A stretch of 64,000 nucleotides of DNA. Origin: Octopus vulgaris. Taxonomy: Eukaryota. Positions within the stretch are counted from its first letter, which is position 1. Every line of letters starts with the position of its first letter. Under the pieces are notes generated by a model that was not told the DNA's origin, ran no database searches, and saw only the letters and a program-made list of their open reading frames with translations. A program made the position numbers and the translations under genes. The stretch covers positions 92,938,001-93,002,000 of the forward strand of contig OX597822.1 in the NCBI GenBank assembly GCA_951406725.2, read 5' to 3'. Positions 13,026 to 24,058 of this stretch are shown one piece after another.

Positions 13026-13657
13026 ATTTTCACAATTTATGTTCCTAACACTAGCTGAATGATAACTAAGTTATTTTACTAAATTCTTTGTTATATTTAA
13101 ATTAATTGAAAGAAACTCAGAGCATCTCAACAGAAATACAGTAATGAAATGGTTAATGTCTGTTTTGTGTAAAGCAACAAAAAGTAAACAAGAATTATAA
13201 GTAACCTGATAAGTTCTTTGTTGTGTTATTGATCAGAAGTCGAAAGTACTGCGTTGTGAGGTTGGCAAGTACTGTGTTGTGATGTTTACAGCAGTGTCCT
13301 GTTGTAGTGTTGCTGGTGGTCTGGTGTCATGTTGATTTTTGGCAATATTGTTTTGTGATTTAGGTGAGTGCTGGTAAATTTGTGTTTTGATATTGATGGA
13401 TATTGGCAGTATTGTGTGGATATAATGGTATCTCTGTTTCTGTAAAGAATTTTGTGTCTATGGCATTGAAATTATTATGTTGATGTGATGGTTGACAGCT
13501 TCATAGGGTAAGATTCAGTCCCTTGTATCATGGAGTTGACTGTCAGTGATGTTAACATTTACACGTATTATTTTAATTGTTTCATTTGAAGTTTGTCGAA
13601 AGCTTTATGCTAAAACATTTAAAACCTTTGTGACCCTTTGCTCTTCTTGTCCCACAG

Positions 13658-13888
13658 ATACAAGCAACCGTATTCAGACCTCTATCATGCGTCTTCTGGA
13701 GATGATGGAGGAGACAACTCAACAGTTGTTGGACTCCAAGAGCGTCCAACAAGAACTGATGGATACGTTAAACATGAGAGATAGTGAGGCCCAGGACAGG
13801 AGCCAGCGTCTACAAGACTTGACAGAGCAACTGAAACAAGAGATAAATGCCAGGGAGCAACTTGCATTAGAGCTGCACAAATCTCAAG
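13658..13888 (+). CDS. AKAP9: AKAP9/pericentrin-like centrosomal coiled-coil protein, internal exon (TSNRIQTSIMRLLEMMEETTQQL...AREQLALELHKSQ)
   Basis: Acceptor cccacAG, donor CAAG|GTACAG, phase 1-1. Resembles, from memory, human AKAP9 ..LLEAISETSSQLEHAKVTQTELM..RAREQLAVELSKAEG. Confidence 0.9.
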
Positions 13889-13904
13889 GTACAGTGAAGC
13901 TTTG

Positions 13905-14107
13905 TATTCTTTTTTATGAATTTGACTGTGGCCATGCTGGAGCACCACCTTTTGCCAAGCAAATCGACCCCCAGGACCCATTCTTTGTAAACCTAGTACT
14001 TATTTTATCGGTCTCTTTTGCTAAACCGATAAGTTACGGGAACATAAACACACCAGCATCAGTTGTCAAGCGGTATTGGGGGACAAACAGACACACAAAC
14101 ATATACA

Positions 14108-14159
<52 letters not shown>

Positions 14160-14320
14160 TATATCTGACAGGCTTCTTTCAGTTTCCGTCTACCAAATCC
14201 GCTCACAAGGCTTTGGTCGGCCTGAATCTATACTAGAAGACACTTGCCCAAGGTTCCATGCAGTGGGACTGAACCCAGGACTATGTGGTTGGTAAGCAAG
14301 CTACTTACCACACAGCCACT
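13905..14320 (-). mobile_element. SINE family A, antisense, immediately after exon 13658-13888
   Basis: Reverse complement of the 29258-29648 copy. Explains the spurious C-terminal half of ORF 13546-14295. Confidence 0.85.
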
Positions 14321-14532
14321 GTCAGGATTGTTAGCACGCTGGGTGAAATACTTAGCGGTATTTCGTCTGTCTTTATATTCTGAGTTCAAATTCCGCTAAG
14401 GGGCTTTGCCTTTCATCCTTTTGGGGTTGACAAATTGAGTACCAGTGAAACACTGGGGTCGATGTAATTGACTAGCCCTCTCCCGCAAAATGGCTGCCCT
14501 TGCGGAGAAATTTGAAACCATTATTATCATCA

Positions 14533-14587
<55 letters not shown>

Positions 14588-15818
14588 TATTATTGAAGGT
14601 AACCAGCTGGCAGAATCATTAGCCTGCTGGACAAAATGCTTAGTTGCATTTTGCCCATTGCTATGTTCTGAGTTCAAATTCCACCAAGGTCAACTTTGCC
14701 TTTCATCCTTTTGGGGTTGATAAATTAAGTACCAGTGAAACACTGGAGTCGATGAAATCGACTAGTCCCCTCCCCCTAAATTTCAAGCCTTGTGCCTATA
14801 ATAGAAAGGATTATTATTATTAAAAGAGTGATGATGTGTCAGAATTGGTAGGGTGGGGGTACAAAATTCCCTGTGGTATTTATTTTCATCTTTTTACATT
14901 CTAAGTTCAAATCCCAGCAAAGTCTGTTTTGTTTTTCATTCTCCCAGGGTCAAATTAATATTCAGGTATTGGAGTAGATAATGTTTTTAGGGTGCTATGG
15001 CAGATATCTGGATGTTTGTCTGGACTGAGTGTGAGATATAATTAATAAATCCGCTAAAAATAGCAGCCAAACCTTTCTCAAATTTCATAAAAACTGGATG
15101 AGTGTATCATCATCATCATCCTCGTTTTAATGTCCACTTTCTCCTGCTTGCTATAATAGAAGACACTTTCCCAGAGTGACACACACCTTGTGTATTAGTA
15201 GATTTTATAATATCCTAGTATCACCTACCAGATTAGGGTGGGGTGTAGTAGTAGTAGGGTGGGTCAAAGTTTAACAAAAAGCTTATTGTGTTAATCTAGA
15301 ATCTTGTGCTTTCTTGGGAGTTTTTGGCTCATCATTAAAATTTATCTTTGCCATGTCTTTTCTCTAAGTATTTCCATGATCATTGCTGTGATGAACTTTC
15401 TGGTCTTGTACCCCGCATCAAGCCCTTTAAATATGAGACCCACTTCTCTCAGACACATGGTTTCTCTGTTGACCTTCCTTTTATTCTTCTTGCTCCTTCC
15501 CTCGAACAGTTGCCCTCTGCAACTCCCTACAATCGCCTTGTTTTTCACTGGTTGTGATAACCAGTCCTTTAAGCTTTCTGTCAATCAACTTCTCTTGAAT
15601 CTGTAGCTCCATTCTTTCCTTTATAGTTGTCCCTTACACTACAGAGGCCTTCAAGCCTGGTTTTGCACAAGATCATCTAAAAGTTAAAATATTGTTTTGG
15701 TGTTGATGTGTAACAGTGTGAAAGTGAGCGTGTTCATTGGAACCTTGGCTGTTATTTCATTTCTACATTTTTCCTTTCCTTTCTTTTTTTCCCCCCTCTG
15801 TGCGGACACTATTTTCAG

Positions 15819-16031
15819 GATTGGTGGAAGGCTTCACGGAGGAGCGCAAGTCCCTGAGCAGTAAGCTGAAGGACCACGAGGACCGGGAGGCTGTCCTAAT
15901 CATGGAGAACGAGACATTGCGTAACCAGGTGCATGACCTGCAGCTGTCTGAGAGCGAGGTGACGTCACTGCGCAACGAAGTACAACGCCAGCAGAACATC
16001 CTCTACGACAATGCCGGACACGAACAGCAAG
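15819..16031 (+). CDS. AKAP9: AKAP9/pericentrin-like exon (GLVEGFTEERKSL...NAGHEQQ)
   Basis: Acceptor attttcAG, donor CAAG|GTTTCT, phase 1-1, 213 nt. Resembles AKAP9 GVIDGYADEK...EAGPVEQQ. Confidence 0.9.
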
Positions 16032-17059
16032 GTTTCTATCGCCATTTAAAACTTCTCATCCCTTTGGGCTTTTTGACTTTCAGCAGTTTCCTCTTCTGGG
16101 ACAGGATCCATGAGTGGTACAACTTATTTCCTTTTGATGACGAACTCTAACGAACACACTCTGAGGGGTGGGGCAAAGGAGGAAACTGTTACTTTTGTGC
16201 ATGTTTTTTTTTTGTTGTTTGCTGTTTCACCACTTGGGTTGATGTGCATTCATTTGTTTTTTTGTCTATTTATTAATGTCTTTGAACCAATGTGTGTATA
16301 TATGTCTGTCTATTTGTGTCTGTCTTTGTCCATCTGTGTGTGTATGACTCTGTGTATATCTTTCTTCATGTGTGTGTGTGTGTGTGTATTTCCATTCATC
16401 TGTTTTACTCTGTGTGTTTGTGTGTCTGTCTGTCCTGCTGTGCACATGTGATTCTGCATGTGTCTGGTCCATCTCTTTCATGCATGTGGGTCGTCATTAT
16501 AACACATATATGTACATTTCTGTGCATGCCTCTCCAATTATATGTGCACGTGCATGCATATATCTGTTCATTTATCAAAATTTATTTTCAAACTAATTAT
16601 TTATTCATTTATTTACTTGGAATAATTATAACAGTATGAATTTTCCGGAAGTGAGATCTTAGACAATGTCACATGATGTCACATCTAATATTTTCAAGCA
16701 CCTGTTTATTATATCTATATTTATTGTTCTTTTCACTTGTATTTTCAATTTGTTTGTTTACGTAATATTTAAAAACTCAGATTTTCTTTTCAGATAAAAA
16801 AAAAATACTTGCTCCCTTCCTCCTACCTTCCACCCTCTGTCTCCCTCTCATTCTCTCTCTCTCATATTCATATTTACTAATATGAATTTACAAATTGTAT
16901 ATCATTATTTATGATAATTATTTCAGGAAGATTTTTTTTTTAGATTTTTAATTTTTGGAATTTTTAAGGGGTCCTTATTTTACTTGGTTATTTTTTGCTT
17001 TTTCTTTTTCAGTTCTGTAGAATTTAGATTTCATAAAATATTGTGTGCATGTGTGTGCG

Positions 17060-17097
<38 letters not shown>

Positions 17098-17135
17098 GAA
17101 ACAGATGTATGTGTGATAAAAAAAAAAAAAAACTG

Positions 17136-17450
17136 TCAGTTACAGTGACAAGGGTTCAAGTTGGTCCGATCACTGGGCCAAGCCGCTTGTGAAAGTAATT
17201 TGCAAGTGGCCGAGTGCTCCACACGCACCCATACCCTTAATGTAGTCCTTAGGGAGATGGAGTGTGAAACAGAATGTGACAAGGCTGGCCCTTTGAAATA
17301 CAGGTACCACTCATTTTTGCCAGCTGAGTGGATTGGAGCAACATGAAATAAAGTGTCTTGCTCAAGGACACAATGCACCACTGGGAATTGAACTCACAAT
17401 TTTCTGATTGTGAGCCGAACACCCTGACAACTAAGCAACATGTCTTCATG
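17136..17450 (-). mobile_element. tRNA-derived SINE, family D
   Basis: Minus strand: A/B-box head, GTGTCCTTGAGCAAGACACTT core, CAAAGGGCCAGCCTTGTCAC body. Similar copies at 27093-27400 and 63170-63485; partial + copies at 3551, 20060, 59803. Confidence 0.8.
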
Positions 17451-17665
17451 TGTGTATGATATAAAATGTGTTAAACAAATACATATGTTAATGTTAGGTT
17501 TGTTGTTTTAAAGGAATTTGAAGAACAGCAGAACATTTCCTAATGGTGGCAGGGATTCAACAAATACAATAAATAGTCAAATGTTACAGTTTTATATTTA
17601 AGAGATGAGGAATTATGTACACTATTTACATTTAACAGATATTTGTCCTCATCTTGTTTGTTGTT

Positions 17666-17711
17666 AACACAACGTTTCGGCTGATATACCTTCCAGCCCT
17701 CTTCAGGCGTC
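17666..17711 (-). ncRNA. Minimal type-I hammerhead ribozyme motif
   Basis: Minus strand: gacgc-CTGAAGA-g-ggctg(gaaggtatat)cagcc-GAAA-CGTT-gtgtt. Core intact, 5-bp stem II, palindromic AACGTT stem III, stem I gacgc/gtgtt. Confidence 0.75.
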
Positions 17712-17865
17712 TTGGGGAAATTTCGAACCTGGGTCCTCATTCCTAAGGTATTTTTCGATGTTATTATTATTATTATTATTCAGGACACTGCCTGGAATCG
17801 AACTTGGAATCTTCGGTTCTTGGGGTTAGTAGCCTGCACTCTTAACCACTACACCATACGCCCAC

Positions 17866-17935
17866 GGGCATGTGGTGTAGTGGTTAAGAGCATGGGCTGC
17901 TAACCTCAAAATTCATGTTCGGTTCCAGGCAGTGA

Positions 17936-17940
<5 letters not shown>
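17866..17940 (+). promoter_or_regulatory. tRNA-derived Pol III internal promoter head, mirrored on the minus strand at ~17780-17863
   Basis: A-box TGGTGTAGTGG (17873-17883), B-box GTTCGGTTCC (17917-17926; GTTCGATTCC in the mirror arm), anticodon-like loop CTGCTAA/CTACTAA. Confidence 0.7.
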
Positions 17941-17982
<42 letters not shown>

Positions 17983-18030
17983 TTGAAAAATACCTTAGGA
18001 ATGAGGATCCAGGTTTGAAATTTCCCCAAA

Positions 18031-18078
18031 GACACCTGATGAAGGCTGGAGGGTATATCTCAGCTGAAACGTTGTGTT
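18031..18078 (+). ncRNA. Minimal type-I hammerhead ribozyme motif, sense to the host pre-mRNA
   Basis: gacac-CTGATGA-a-ggctg(gagggtatatct)cagct-GAAA-CGTT-gtgtt. Confidence 0.7.
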
Positions 18079-18248
18079 AACAACAAACAAGATGAGGACA
18101 AATATCCGTCAAATGTAAATAGTCAAATGTATCGTATAACACTAGTTTCAACCCAAACTTCAGCTTCTGTTTGTTGACTTTTTCAACTCTGGTTGGATGA
18201 ACCATCAACTGAAACTTGAAGCCTCCTCCAGTCAAAACACAACTTTAA

Positions 18249-18462
18249 CCCTTTCGTTACCAACCCGGCTGAAACCGGCTCTGAGTACAAATGTTTTATT
18301 TTCATAAGTTTTGAATAAAAATCTTCCACCAAACCTTAGTCACAATTGATGTTCCTAACACTAGCTTAATGATAACCAAGTTATTTTACTAAATACTTTG
18401 GTATATTTAAAATAATTGAAAGAAATGCAGAGCATCTCAAAATAAATACAGTAACGAAAGGG
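18249..18462 (+). mobile_element. piggyBac-type MITE, family 1
   Basis: TTAA on both sides, TIR CCCTTTCGTTAC/GTAACGAAAGGG. Confidence 0.85.
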
Positions 18463-18468
18463 TTAAAT

Positions 18469-18499
<31 letters not shown>

Positions 18500-18844
18500 T
18501 ATATATATATATGTGTGTATATTAAGTTATATAAACACACACTCATACACACATATATAGATACATATACATATATGTATATTTAATTATATAAACACAC
18601 GTGTGTGTGTGTATATATTTAGTTATATAAACACACACATATAGATACATATATATGTGTATATTTAATCATATAAACACACACACATATAGATACATAT
18701 ATATATGTGTGTGTGTGTGTATATATTTAGTCATACAAACACATACACACACATATAAGTGTACACATACAACGAATGTGTCAATAAGTTTGTTTTAATT
18801 TAATTTTTATTTCTAAATTAAGTAATTTTTTAAAAAGAGATTCT

Positions 18845-18881
<37 letters not shown>

Positions 18882-19617
18882 TAGTAAATATTTTGATCCC
18901 CTCACTTTTCCATTCTGTTATCATTTACAAGACATCTGTTGGATACGAGGGTATAGTAGTGGTTGTATGGTTGGTCAAAGGTTAACATACCCATACAGGG
19001 ATAATCTAGAAATCTCCCCCTCTTTTATTTTGTTTTTGATATTTTCATTTCATTTGTAAGCTGCACCCCTGATAATCTAAAGATGAAGAAGAAAAAAAAA
19101 AAAGATATTTATGCCCATGTAGTTGTGAGTAGATGTAAACACTTTCTTGGCCCTCAAACCCTTAACACTGATGGTGTAATGCTATTTTGTTTTTTTTTTG
19201 CCTCCCCGCTTCTCCCTAAAGGGAAAATTTTTTTTTAACATATTTATTTGTTTTTGGAAGTGACACTGTCCTTCCTCCTTCCAACTGCGGTCCAATTAAA
19301 CCATTATTAATTATTATGATTGATATTATATTAAACATGGAACTGTTATTATTATCATCATCATCATCATTATTAATGTTATGTTGGAATAGAATGTTAT
19401 TTTAATATGTAATTATGTTGTATTTGGTCTAATAACCCCAGCAAGGTTATACTCAGAGTAGGGCTGTACTCAGAGGTAACTGATTCTCACTGGGTTGGTC
19501 TGACTCCTATTGGGATAAATAAGCTGTAGTGGGGTTACTTAAATCCTGTATTAATGAATATGAATCTAGAAGTAACTGGTTCAGCTGGTTTCTTTGAGTT
19601 AACCCAGGGCTAATTAA

Positions 19618-19826
19618 CCCTTTTGTTACTGTATTTCTGTTGAGATGCTCTGTGTTTCTTTCAATTAATTTAAATATAACAAAGAATTTAGTAAAATAAC
19701 TTAGTTAATATTAAGCTAGTGTTAGGAGCATAAATTGTGACTAAGGTTTGGTGGAAGATTTTAATTCAAACAAGAAATGTGTACTCAGAGCCAGAGGCGA
19801 TTTCAGCTGCGTTGGTAATGAAAGGG
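19618..19826 (-). mobile_element. piggyBac-type MITE, family 1, inverted relative to 18249-18462
   Basis: TTAA flanks, CCCTTT...AAAGGG ends, interior is the reverse complement of the 18249 copy. Partial copy at ~13030-13155. Confidence 0.85.
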
Positions 19827-20722
19827 TTAAATTTTATGGGTATACTAACTGAATTCACAGCAGACTGACTTGTTAGATTTCCTAACTAAGGCAGTGATTC
19901 TCAACCAGTGTCCGAATGATCTTTGGGGGTCCATATAAGAATTTACTGTTAAAATTTAGGTGCAATAAATTGGTTATAATTCTAAGGGTCCCTAAAGTAA
20001 GGGCAAATTGATTGACTGGCTGACTCAGTAGGTTTACCCATTCAGCTCAGTGAAGGCTCGCCTCCTAGTGGTTAGAATATGACGACATGATTACAAAGGT
20101 GTAGGGTTCAATTCTTGAACTGGGTGTTGTGTTGTGTCCTTGAGCAAGGCACTTCCTTTTATAGTGTTCCTCTCAACTCAGCTGCAAATGAGCACCACTT
20201 GACTGCCTGTGCAACCATCTTACCATCCAGCTGTCATATCCTTGATGTTTTGCTGGGGTTAAGGGCACGAGGGCTGAGAAAGTTTCTATGTCTACTCGCA
20301 ACTACATGGGCATACAAATACTTATCAATAAAAGCCTGGCACTTACAACCAAGTCCTCCTCACTTGCGAGTGATAGCTGTGGTCGCTCCTCTCCTTTCGA
20401 TAGCTCAACATTTGCCGAGTTTACTTGCTCAACTCTATGTTCACACTTCGGTCTGGCTCTCTTGTGAAGCCAAGGAAACTGCTGGATTTACCTGGTGACC
20501 CTTAAATCGCAATCAGTGGTGATGTCAAGGGACTGACTCTCACCAGGTATATCAGCAGAACCTGAGACTAACTGATATTTTCTTTGTTCATTTACCAGGC
20601 TATGCTCTGTAACTTTTGTAACGAGGTTATAGATAAAAAAATAACTATACTTTCTATAATTTCCTTATTTATCATATGGTAATGATGATGATAGTAAAAT
20701 ACAATTATTATTAAATAATTAC

Positions 20723-20757
<35 letters not shown>

Positions 20758-20771
20758 TGTAATAATAAAAA

Positions 20772-20950
20772 AGAACTTCTCTATTGGGGACAGCAAGGAT
20801 TTTGAGATTGTTACTTGAGTGTTAAGTATTGTGCAAAGAGACCCTGTGAGACCTTTGACAACAGGTTGCTGTCCCCTCTTATGGAACTAACTGGAACAAA
20901 TAATAACAAGAGATCTGAGAATTAAAATGGAAATAAGTCATAATAATAAT
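20772..20950 (+). mobile_element. R4/Dong-clade LINE 3' end embedded in (TAA)n
   Basis: Encodes RTSLLGTARILRLLLEC*, matching the ALLGTARILR C-terminal motif of R4/Dong elements. (TAA)n on both sides. Confidence 0.7.
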
Positions 20951-23900
20951 CGTCTTTTAATGGCAGTTATAATTAGTAATTTTCTTGCTAAAATATTCTT
21001 TTCAAATCGTAATCTCAGGAAATTAACGAACATAACTATTTCAACTGAAAAGAAAATAGAGAACAACCAAAAATAATCCGTTAAAATAAGATTTAATTGG
21101 AAAACACACACACGCACACATGTGCGAGCAGTGCAAGATAATTATGAAAATTAGTAAATTCAAAAGCAATGACACTCTCTGTCAATATAGCAGCAATTTG
21201 TGAGACAGGCCCCCAAATCAGTTGATTAATGCCTTGTCCATTCCTGAACCCTTCGGCTATTATGTGCTGCTTCTGTAGTTACATTCTTTTGAATTGACCA
21301 TGCATTGCCTTGTAGCTTGATGATTTCAGTAATGTGATAGTTTATTTTTAGGTGTTTGAGGCTGGACCTGGCCATTTTGAACATAAAACCGATAGAATCT
21401 TTGGGCTAAATATGGCCAGTTTAAATCTAAAAGGTTGACGCACTTGGTCAGTTATGAGTACCTTGATTAAACTGGTCACTGACACAGTTCCATAGTTGAC
21501 CCAGTTCAATTTTTTTTTATTGGTAACAGATTTAATTTATTTAAATGACCTCAATTCATGATGTTACTTATCATATTTGACTCTAGAGCAGCGAGTTTCA
21601 ACCTATTTCGATCCACTGTACTTGAATAGTATTCTCAAAGTGTGACATTTTAACATTGATTTCCTAAAAGTTCAATTATTTAAAATTTAAAAAAAACATT
21701 AAAATTATTTAAAATTAAAAAAAAGGGTGCACACCATGCACTTTGTCACAGAGAAATGCACATTACAGTGGTGTAGTGCTTTATAAATGCTGAAGATTTC
21801 TAAATATATGGCATTTTTCGACAAACTTAAAAGTAAATGGCACATTTGCAGAATGGCAAATTGGTAGAAGATGTCTGTCCGAGAGAAAAATGAAATGCAA
21901 AAGCTGAGGTCAACAGGATTTTGACTTGGAACTTAGAGAGGGAGATGACATGAAATAGTATTGAGCATTTAGTTTGACACACCATGGTCCATTGACTTTT
22001 GACAGTGTTGGATGTCACTTTGTGTCTCATAAAGATCACCAAGTAGTTTGTTTAGTTCAAAATATCCTTGAAAGCCTTTTTTTCTAGCTTCACTTACAAT
22101 GGTTGGGTTTATGTTTGAGAGCTTCTCTACCTACTGTATATGGTCAAATTAAAATTTTAATTTACTTTCTACCAAGTCAAAATTTACTTGGTTGAATGAG
22201 GGAAGTGCTTTGTGATCAGTCAACACATGAGAAAGAGCTGCATATTTTCTCTTTCAAACCAGACCTTGTTTAAAAAAAATGGAAGGACTTATTGTATAAT
22301 GTAATTCTAGCTTTAACTGAAAGAACAAATATAAAAAAAGAAAACTCCCAAAAGACAGGATGGCCTAGGCTGGAATGCTTTTGATCATAGTTTGCTAGGT
22401 TAGGATGGGAATAACGAACAAGGTGACCTTGTTGCAGTTATAGCAAAATGGCAACTTTTGATTTGGATACAAATAGATGATGTGAAGGCATTTAGAAAGG
22501 AAGACTGAATCACTGGTTCAATTCACCCTTTATATTCAGAATTAGCTCCCTTGTGCCCTATGCTAGTGTTGTATATTTTTTCATAACTGCTGATTGGCAC
22601 CGAATAGACGGAGGTTACAACTTCCTTTACATATTTTGCCTGTGTGTGTGTGTGTGTGTTTTCTTTCAGATCTTGTCTGCTAATATTTATTGAGCTGACG
22701 ATTTTTGAAGTATGTAGAAAAAAAAAACCCCAGAAAATGGAAAAAGAAAAACCTATATATATTTGAAATAGTTATGTCTACATGTTACGAGGATTGATTT
22801 GGAAATGAAATTAAATTTAAAAAATTATTTTTTCTTTTCGAAATGCAAAGGAATATATCTATATATTTGAATATTTTTATTATAAAATTTTACATACATA
22901 CACATTCTTATGTGTATATTTGCACTATAGAATGAATGCATATATGTATGTATGTAACTATATATATACATATACACATATACACACACACATTCATATA
23001 CACATGTGTGTATATACATAATGTATGTGTGTGCGCGCGCGCCCCATATCAAGTATTATATTACGTTTATAAAAACAAAGACCAACTCCCTAAAAATCGA
23101 TGCGCTACCTAATATAAAGAATATATTTTAAGACTTAACCACAATTCTTTAAACAATGCAAACAGTTTTTTTGATTTTTTCCTTTTGTCCTCTTACTGAG
23201 GAAATTCAGTTGCGTCAAATAAACTTTAACGATTACAAATAAATAATAGATCTGTTATTTAAAAAAAAAAAGAAGAAAAATAAAACCCGAAAACAAACGA
23301 TGAACGATGATTCTCAATTGCGTTTTAATGTGAAGTAAAATAAAGCGAAGAGATAACGTTATTTTGTGACTGTCTCAGATTATTCCGTAAATTTTTTGTG
23401 TTTGTTTTCTTGTTATTGTGAAGACACATTGGTCAGGTATATCTCTCTACCTGTAATTACTCATCTGTAATTGTATTTCTCATTGTGTACTGGAAATCAT
23501 TGAATAATTCTGGAGAAACACATATGTTTTTATAGATCATGTAGTGAGGGGTCAAGAGTTTTGTTAATATAAAGAAGCATTGAATTAATGAAGTTGAGAG
23601 TTTAGGTGTTGGTATGGCTGTATGGGTAAAGAGTATGCTTCCCCAATCATGTGGCTCTGGGTTCAGTCCCTCTGCATGTCACCTTCAGTAAATATATTTT
23701 ACTATATTCCTAGTACATGTGAGCAACTATTGAATGTTGTTATACACTGCTGATCACAATGCCTTTCCAATGTTTTCGTTCCTATCTTGTTGCACATCAT
23801 TCAGCTAAATTGTCTTTGCATTTTCATGGAGGCCTTCTGAGGGGTATTTACTCATCACTTGGATACCACTCAGCAACTGCATAGCCCCCCCCCCCCCCTC

Positions 23901-23967
23901 CCACTGCCTATGAACCTTCTGACATGTTTAGTCCATGGTCAGCATTTCATTAATGTTGATGATGATG

Positions 23968-24058
<91 letters not shown>

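Larger units (their letters stand above)
17585..18115. mobile_element. Foldback non-autonomous Penelope-like/retrozyme-like element: divergent tRNA-like heads, (AAT)n, hammerhead in each arm
   Basis: Palindrome centred at 17864-17865. 15-bp direct repeat TAAATAGTCAAATGT at 17570-17584 and 18116-18130. Left arm ~40 bp longer. Second copy at 57118-57577. Confidence 0.8.

Noticed and set aside
13546-14295. ORF-track proteins of 249, 233 and 233 aa (13546, 49934, 62533) as complete genes
   Set aside because: Each is one true exon extended into intron, SINE or microsatellite sequence.
15300-15606. Overlapping ORFs upstream of exon 15819
   Set aside because: No compatible splice sites; probably a decayed minus-strand retroelement fragment, but I could not assign it.
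17780-17940. Genuine tRNA genes
   Set aside because: A/B boxes are present but there is no complete cloverleaf or acceptor stem; part of a repeat. The same applies to the SINE heads.
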